Of a stretch of DNA of 64,000 nt, positions 56,689 through 64,000 are shown piece after piece. This DNA is from Octopus sinensis (taxonomy: Eukaryota). The position numbers were made by a program, and so were the translations under genes. The notes beneath the pieces were generated by a model, which was not told where the DNA came from, did not search any database, and was given only the letters and a program-made list of their open reading frames with translations. Position 1 is the stretch's first letter, and the number at the start of each line of letters is the position of its first letter. Location of the stretch: assembly GCF_006345805.1 (NCBI RefSeq), contig NC_043023.1, forward strand, positions 9,362,001-9,426,000, read 5' to 3'.

Positions 56689-57589
56689 GTTGGTAACATT
56701 ATGGCGTGTTGTTAACTGCCTGTAAATTGGCAATTGTGTCTATGGATAAATAATTTCAACGCCTATTAAATTTCATGTTGGTGGATAGTTCAGTAAATAT
56801 GTGACATTGATATTTTGTAATAAGTCACTGTTGTTCTTGCTGCTACGGCTGTTGTTTATTACTTTAAACTCACGATGGGGTCCGTTAGGTGCACCAAGTC
56901 GCCATCCTCAATAAAATGCGTGAGGTTTCTTCCAACACGGATGTGAAGGACAGAAACAGTCATCTCTCCTGGAATTAATATATATTGCTTTGAAACTCTC
57001 AGACTGTTACTCTAAGTGATAGATATTTAATAGCACAATAAACATGTTTGCAGCTTAGAATTTTAATCATTGGTCGTTTCATGATTCTCTTACAAGATCT
57101 CTCCTCTTATTTAACTGACAATTTGTGTCAATAATCCACATGTATCCAATATTTATCAGTTTTTACAACACTCCTATTAACCATAAAAACCATATCCCTA
57201 TATATTATAGATTATTTAAGCCTAAGCGAAGAGTTGAACTCACCCAATATGTTAGTACACTCCATACTGGTTCTATTATCATCTGACATCACAATGACGG
57301 AGATTAAATAATCAAGTCACGGATGTTGTTTCTATCATTATCAGTGTTTTCAGGAACACTACTGATTCAACTCGTCTTTATTACTGTTTTCGTTTCTATT
57401 GTTTTTATTACCAAAATGATTCCAATTTCACATTTTAAATGTATCTAGCTAATTATTCATCTCATATTTCACGTCGTACATCGGTCCTCAGTTAACAGAT
57501 CGTTTCAGTGATGCACCTTGAATTAGTTGTACTGATAACATAAGATACACGTTCAGTGAATTTGAACTCAAGGTTTAAACGCTGATGGT

Positions 57590-58010
57590 ATATTGCAAGC
57601 TGGCAGAAACGTTAGCACGCCGAGCGAAATGCGTAGCCGTATTTCGTCTGATGTTACGTTCTGAGTTCAAATTCCGCCGACGTCGACTTTGCCTATCATC
57701 CTTTCGGGGTCGATTAAATAAGTACCAGTTACGCACTGGGGTCGATATAATCGACTTAATAACTATGTCTGTTCTTGTTTGTCCCCTCTGTGTTTAGCCC
57801 CTTGTGGGTAATAAAGAAATAGGTATTTCGTCTGTCGTTACGTTCTGAGTTCAAATTCCGCCGAGGTCAACTTTGCCTTTCATCCTTTCGGGGTCGATTA
57901 AATAAGCACCAGTTACGCACTGGGGTCGATATAATCGACTTAATAACTATGTCTGTCCTTGTTTGTCCCCTCTGTGTTTAGCCCCTTGTGGGTAATAAAG
58001 AAATAGGTAT
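57590..58010 (+). mobile_element. Family-3 SINE dimer
   Basis: Tail aaagaaataggtat runs into internal ttcgtctg...ccgccgagg and the unit repeats. Confidence 0.88.
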
Positions 58011-58209
58011 ATTCTACATGGAGTCAGATGTCGCTTACATACATTATATATATAGTAGTGCTTCATATTGTAATTAAGTATCATGTAACATGTAATAGGA
58101 GATGGTCCCCACGTATATGAACACTCATAATTTATATAAGTATTGACTTAGCATATAAAAAAGGAAGAGGAGGAGGGGGATAATACGTTGTTGTTTGTTT
58201 CTATTGCAG

Positions 58210-58331
58210 AACGTCTACCAGAATGAAGGAGATTTAAAGAATAGTCAACTCTTGTCTATTCTTTCTAATATTGGTTCCGGAATATCATTTGTCTGTCTCA
58301 TTCTGACAGTAATAATTCATATTTATTCAAA
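58210..58331 (+). CDS. TM1 exon: NVYQNEGDLKNSQLLSILSNIGSGISFVCLILTVIIHIYS(K)
   Basis: ttgcag|aac...aa|gtaagc; 122 nt; phase 0/2; aGPCR TM1 pattern IG..IS..CL..T. Confidence 0.92.
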
Positions 58332-58699
58332 GTAAGCATTTCAATTTCTATTTCCTTTTATAAACTATTCAAATACATTGAGACAGTGTCCATCAGTTAG
58401 TGGGTCTCTCGCACATTGGTAAGCATGACGTGGTTGATGTCTGCGGGAAAATCATGGATGTGAAGAGAATTCCAAGGTCAACAACTACACTATAAGAGTA
58501 AAAACAATAACCAGAATTGCATGTGATTTCTCATTACTAACCGGAAGATAGATGGGGAAACCTAGACCACTGTAAAGAAATTAGACTCATTCCCGAGGTT
58601 TTCTATTACTTTGCAAAAAGGAAACGTCTACCTTTTCATATATCAGCTCACTAATCTATGTACTGTGTTCGACTCACATTTGTTAATTAGTTATAAAAA

Positions 58700-60330
58700 T
58701 AACAATGGAAATACCATCAAACATAATAACCTATACAGCTGTTCAGAAAGTCATATTTAACAGCAGGCAGTGTGCCACAGATGTGGTCAGTCCCTCCGGA
58801 AGAGGAAGCGCTCCAAATTGGTCAGCCACGAAACAGGGCAGGCGGTAGGTGATAACAGAAGCTATGTACATCTGTGTCGCCTCCGCCCGTCCTAGCAGAG
58901 ATAACGCCCTTCCAGACCAGGTCCGGATTAAGGCAGTCTTCTTGTTTGTGATGTCATAACAATTCTTCTCTATCTGAAGGTCAGGAAACAGGCCCCTAGC
59001 GTTTTAACAGGATCTTCCGTTCAACTTTTCGCTCCAGGTGCCGAGTTGCAAGCCGAGTGACTTATTGTGGCTTATTTCTGCTCATGCCACCGTTTCGTAT
59101 CGTTTGATGGCGTTTCCTACACAAGGTAGCTGCCATTCATCAGACACGATTATGGAGATGCCACCCGCATACGCGGTAGGCGTTCTTCTACAACTCAGAT
59201 TACGCGGAATGCCCCTAAAGTCTCCATCCTTCGCAGTAATGGCTCATTCAAAAGCTGAGACAGGGGACATCCCTAGCGAACCAATCGCCTGATGTTGAAC
59301 ATTTCGAGAAGAAACCGTTCATTCATACGAGAGACTGGATGTTGACCATAGAAGCTATCCAGCCGCGGAAAGTTAATTTTATCCTCCCTGGAAAAAAGCT
59401 ATCCAGCCGCGGAAAGTTAATTTTATCCTCTCTAGAAAGAAACAGTGCTGCCACCACCCAGGCGATATCTATCTCTGGTGGTACTTTTTATCCGGGACGT
59501 TCTTCACCCCATATATGAAGGCAGAACTACCACCTCATTTGTTTTTAAGGTCTGCATAGAGTTCTCACGAACTTTCTCCTCAATCACAAAATGTACCTCT
59601 ACTGAGGCAAAATTTTTGCCTCGAGCCACCTATGCGACATCCTTCCATATTGGCCGGAGGCATTTCTCAATTTTCTCCTTGGTAAATTTTCAATTCTTTA
59701 GTTTTCTGCATTATGCCATTTGTGAACAATTGTTTTGCTCCTCGTTTCTATGGTAATGTCACTAGGTGGGCCAATGTTCGCATCGCCCTGTTCATCGTCA
59801 ACATTCCATAATATGTCTGGTACTCAGACCGTGGAATGTTTTCTTGGTGTACCGCGACCGCTGCCGCAAAATGTCTGGCAGCCATACTTGCCGCACTTGT
59901 TTTTGGATTTTCTTTAGATACAGCCATTCGTTCTTTAATAATTTCAACTGTCATTTTTTTCCGTAAGAGAAAAATACAACAAATATTTTTTCCAAATGAA
60001 TTCTCTCTGAAGAAAATTTAAACCAATTTTTCTCCTGCGAGAGAGACAATGTTTCACATCGTCCCCCGTCGAATGAGGACAGTTAAAAACAAAAACAAAG
60101 ACCTGTAAACAAGCTGTAAACAAGTTCATGAAACTAATCACACAGGTTTAAATCTTTCCCCCGTCGGCGGAAAGCACATGATTTCAGCAAAAGCCTGCTA
60201 AGCAGACAATAGTTCTTAATGAACACGCAGTAACAAGTAATCACAACAATACCTTCACGGTCCTATTAGCGTTGAAAAACAAAACTTCTCTAGAAATTGG
60301 CGCATATGACACCTCTTATCAGACTGTTCT
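58700..60330 (-). mobile_element. Probable degenerate retroelement 5' region/ORF1 fragment
   Basis: Broken protein-like minus-strand reading (LKIYQGE...RPIWKDV..VARGKNFASVEVHF...LPSYMG) with many stops; family not identified. Confidence 0.35.
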
Positions 60331-61044
60331 GCGCATGCTCATTTATACTAACTAGTATTGTTCACTTAGCCAATCACGGGGTGTACAGATTCCTCATACA
60401 ACAATAAACTAAATAATAATCGAACTAGCTTCTAAGAATGTATTCTACACGAAGAATGGTCAAGCAGATGTCCTTAAACTTTTAGCGATAGCTGGCTTAC
60501 AACTCTCTCCGTGGAGAGTTAAAGAAATTATCCAGTCGCTGATGAAATCCCAACATAAAATTGAAACTAGTCCGGCTGATTCTTACTTTTATTGCTACAA
60601 AGATATTGTAATGTAATTCCTACAACTGTACATCGAATCTATCACCGACTAAAACCTACAAATATAATATAGCATTGCTACGAATGTACCAACAATGTAT
60701 ATTATGTGTGTACAGCATCGCGTCCTACGTTTAATGTAACATGTACAGATACCTGACTTGTTCTTTGACTATAAAGAACTACCATCATAAACAACCAGAC
60801 CTTCCCAGTCAGCACAATAAACAATAAACATAATGTTTTATATCTCATACAGATCATTATACACAGCTATTTTACACATGTCTATATACAAATTCTAAAT
60901 AAATATTTCATATATCATTTATATTTCGAATGACTATCACCAATATACGCAGTTGTAGTTAACTTTTGATGCATTGAGCAATTTCTTTTAGGTTTATGTT
61001 AATTAAATACAATATTATTATTTCTTTTTTTTTCATTATCTCAG

Positions 61045-61168
61045 AACCCTATGGAAAGTAATGGCTTCAAAGATTTTAGTAAATTTGTGCATTTCTTTAG
61101 CTGCCACTTATCTTACCTTTCTTGCCGGGTTCCAAGCATATAGCACAGAAATAACAGCTGTTTGTAAG
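61045..61168 (+). CDS. TM2 exon: TLWKVMASKILVNLCISLAATYLTFLAGFQAYSTEITAVCK
   Basis: tctcag|a...aag|gtaagt; 124 nt; phase 2/0; I..NLC.SL motif. Confidence 0.92.
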
Positions 61169-61644
61169 GTAAGTGAAAACACATTTAAACCAGTACATAT
61201 TTTGTTTTATATAAAAAAAATTATGAAAAAAAGTCTATAACTTAAATAAATTTCATTCAGTAAAAGTCCATGTTGTAGCTATTTTCAAAGTCTTCTAACA
61301 TTTCTATAAATATTACATTTGACCAGTGAGGGAGCGTGGATAAGTGCTTTCGGATTTTCGACGCACCATCGTAAGGACCTGAGTTCGATACCTTAGGCCA
61401 GACACTTTTTCACGCTACTAGAATCCATACAGCTAGAAAATAATGAGTGCTACCTGTATTTTAATAGGGCCAGCTTTGTCACATTCTGTGTTACGCTGAA
61501 TTTTCTTGACAACTACATTAATGGAAGCAGTTCCGGGCGGATTGGCATCAAAAGGGTTAATCGGATCGACAAAACCCCTCATCGCCATAACCGACGGTGA
61601 ACCTTTTCTCATTTGACCATGATTAATTGTCAGATGATAACATT

Positions 61645-61960
61645 ATGATCAGAAATACCAAGTAATAAGTGATCAATTTTTAATTGGTGTAATCGTATTT
61701 TTGTAAGACATCTTCTGCGTCTCCTAGTGACTTTATATAAAATGTTTTGCTCCCTCCATATGTCTATGCTCGCTTCCTGTTCATATTAAAACACTTTTAT
61801 GATCAAAAATACCAGGTAATGAGTGGTCGATTCTTAATTCGTATTTTTGTAATTGTAATTTTGAATCGTATTTTTGTAAAACATCTTGCAAACCTCCTCT
61901 CGCCTTTATATAAAAAAACATAGCTCACCCCACATGTCTATACTAGTTTCCTCTTCAGCA
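61645..61960 (+). repeat. Two diverged ~155-bp tandem copies
   Basis: atgatca.aaatacca.gtaat.agtg.tc.att.ttaatt...aatcgtatttttgtaa.acatctt repeated. Confidence 0.7.
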
Positions 61961-62199
61961 TGCATTCAATTTTATTCTATCTCCTCATCTAATCAGCCAT
62001 TTTTAGGAAGAGGCAAATGAGTCGATGCCATAGTTCCTGATACTTTATTAGTACTTTGATGTATGGATGCCCATGAGGGATGAAATATAAAGTTGAACCC
62101 TGTCTTCCCTCCGAAGTCGATAAGTTAAGGTAACAATCGAGTAATGATATCGATAGTATAGACTAACATCGCTTTCTCTCTCTCGCTCTCTCTCTCTCT

Positions 62200-62400
62200 C
62201 AAACTTGCGCAGCTTGCCACGGAATCGTTAGCGCGCCGGACAAAAGGCTTAGCGGCATTTCGTCTGTCTTTACATTCTGTGCTCCAATTCCACCTCTCAA
62301 ATTTCGTGATCAATAACATAAGTACCAGCTTAGCACTTTGGTCAATGTAATCGACTAACCTATTCACCAAAATTTCAAATCTTGTGCCAATAAAATAAAG
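62200..62400 (+). mobile_element. Diverged family-3-related SINE
   Basis: gcttgccacggaatcgttagcgcgccgg...gcatttcgtctg...taagtaccag...gtcaatgtaatcgacta. Confidence 0.6.
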
Positions 62401-62453
62401 AATTATTATTATTATTATTATTATTATTATGATGATGATCATCGTCATCATCA

Positions 62454-62488
<35 letters not shown>

Positions 62489-62524
62489 GTGACTATTATT
62501 ATTGTGATTATTGTGATTATTGTG

Positions 62525-62575
<51 letters not shown>

Positions 62576-62848
62576 ATTATTATAATTATTATTACTATTA
62601 TTGTTATTATTATTGTGATTATTATTATTGTGATTATTATTATTATTATTATTATTATTGTGATTATTATTATTATTGTGATTATTATTGTGATTATTAT
62701 TATTGTGATTATTATTATTATTATTATTATTATTAATATTATTATTATTGTGATTATTATTGTGATTATTATTATTATTATTATTAATATTATTATTATT
62801 GTGATTATTATTATTATTATTATTATTATTAATATTATTATTATTGAG

Positions 62849-62909
<61 letters not shown>

Positions 62910-62988
62910 TATTGTGATTATTATTGTGATTATTATTATTGTGATTATTATTATTATTATATATTATTATTATATTATTATTATTGTG

Positions 62989-63051
<63 letters not shown>

Positions 63052-63053
63052 GT

Positions 63054-63118
<65 letters not shown>

Positions 63119-63136
63119 GTGATTATTATTATTGTG

Positions 63137-63181
<45 letters not shown>

Positions 63182-63235
63182 GTGATTATTATTGTGATTA
63201 TTATTATTATTATTATTAATATTATTATTATTGTG

Positions 63236-63266
<31 letters not shown>

Positions 63267-63279
63267 TATTATTATTGAG

Positions 63280-63319
<40 letters not shown>

Positions 63320-63342
63320 GTAGTAGTAGTAGTAGTAGTAGT
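62401..63342. repeat. ~940-bp (ATT)n/(ATTGTG) microsatellite
   Basis: Direct; source of the 421-aa poly-I/N pseudo-ORF. Confidence 0.97.
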
Positions 63343-63582
63343 ACATAATGGTAATGTCGTGAATTGGTAAAAACATGAAACGAAATACACTTTTATATTG
63401 AATGACGTTTTTCTGAATTTTCTGTCGATTTTTCAGTAAAATCTGTTTTAATATTTATCCCCCTGGGTCACTAATATAAAATATCAATCAAGGCCTGGCA
63501 TCTGTACGCCACCTCTGCAAAATAATACATATTCAATGCTTTGTGTGTGTGTTACATATCATTAACTTTGTTGTTTTTGTAG

Positions 63583-63727
63583 GCAGTGGCTGCTCTGTTA
63601 CACTACTTCCTTCTGACATCTTTCATCTGGATGGCTGTAGAAGCACTTCATATTTTCCTGGGCGTCGTTGTTGTATTCAACATATATCAGTCATCTTTTA
63701 TTAAGAAGTGTTCAATTTTGGCCTGGG
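63583..63727 (+). CDS. TM3 to TM4 exon: AVAALLHYFLLTSFIWMAVEALHIFLGVVVVFNIYQSSFIKKCSILAW(G)
   Basis: ttgtag|gca...tggg|gtatgt; 145 nt; LLHYF.L....WM..E family-B/aGPCR motif. Confidence 0.94.
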
Positions 63728-64000
63728 GTATGTATGGCGGCTTTCTGTCTTTCTGTCTCTAATTCCATCTCTCTCTATCTCACACATTGTTTTCCTTCAT
63801 TTCTTTTCTCTTTCATTCTTTCATTCTCTCTTTATTTCTCTCCCTCTCTCTCTATCTATTTTCCCACACACTCTGTGTTAAAGTTTTGTATTGATAATAG
63901 TTGATTGGAAAAGGTTCACTTATTGATTTCATTGACCCGAAAATGGTGAAAGAATAAACTGACTTCCATGGGATTCGAACCCTGAGTACTGAACTAAACA

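Noticed and set aside
62125-63390. 421-aa ORF and other poly-I/Y/L/N/HT/CV ORFs across the window
   Set aside because: Translations of (ATT)n, (TA)n, (CA)n and (AAT)n microsatellites; no coding signal.
56548-63727. Assigning a vertebrate symbol such as ADGRG2/4/6 or ADGRA
   Set aside because: The TM motifs resemble ADGRG-type receptors, but orthology cannot be set without a phylogeny and the ectodomain matches none of them.

Overview
Animal genomic DNA: AT-rich, intron-rich, and packed with (TA)n/(CA)n/(AAT)n microsatellites and tRNA-derived SINEs. The repeat landscape suggests Octopus (inference). No CRISPR, rRNA or functional tRNA genes were seen. Nearly all listed ORFs are microsatellite or transposon artefacts. 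The window lies inside one large + strand gene whose small exons the ORF track mostly misses. I reconstructed 24 exons with consistent intron phases by hand. They encode an adhesion GPCR ordered as: at least 10 LRRs, LRR C-cap, 12-Cys Ly6/uPAR (three-finger)-like domain, SEA-like domain, HRM, GAIN with an intact GPS (CNHL|TSFAILM), then TM1-TM3 and part of TM4. Both gene ends lie outside the window. Nine LRRs are each encoded by a symmetric 72-nt phase-2/2 exon, and a tenth by a 69-nt exon. These exons were multiplied together with their introns: an ~9-kb B-A-A block duplication plus ~1.3-kb single-exon units whose junctions lie in (CA)n microsatellites. The copies differ largely at predicted ligand-facing residues and look mosaic. 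The LRR C-cap exon has an in-frame stop and apparent compensating frameshifts, which may be real or an assembly error. Introns hold SINEs, CR1-like and REL-endonuclease LINE fragments, Tc1/mariner remnants, a non-autonomous Helitron, MITEs, and foldback elements, two with hammerhead-ribozyme-like motifs.
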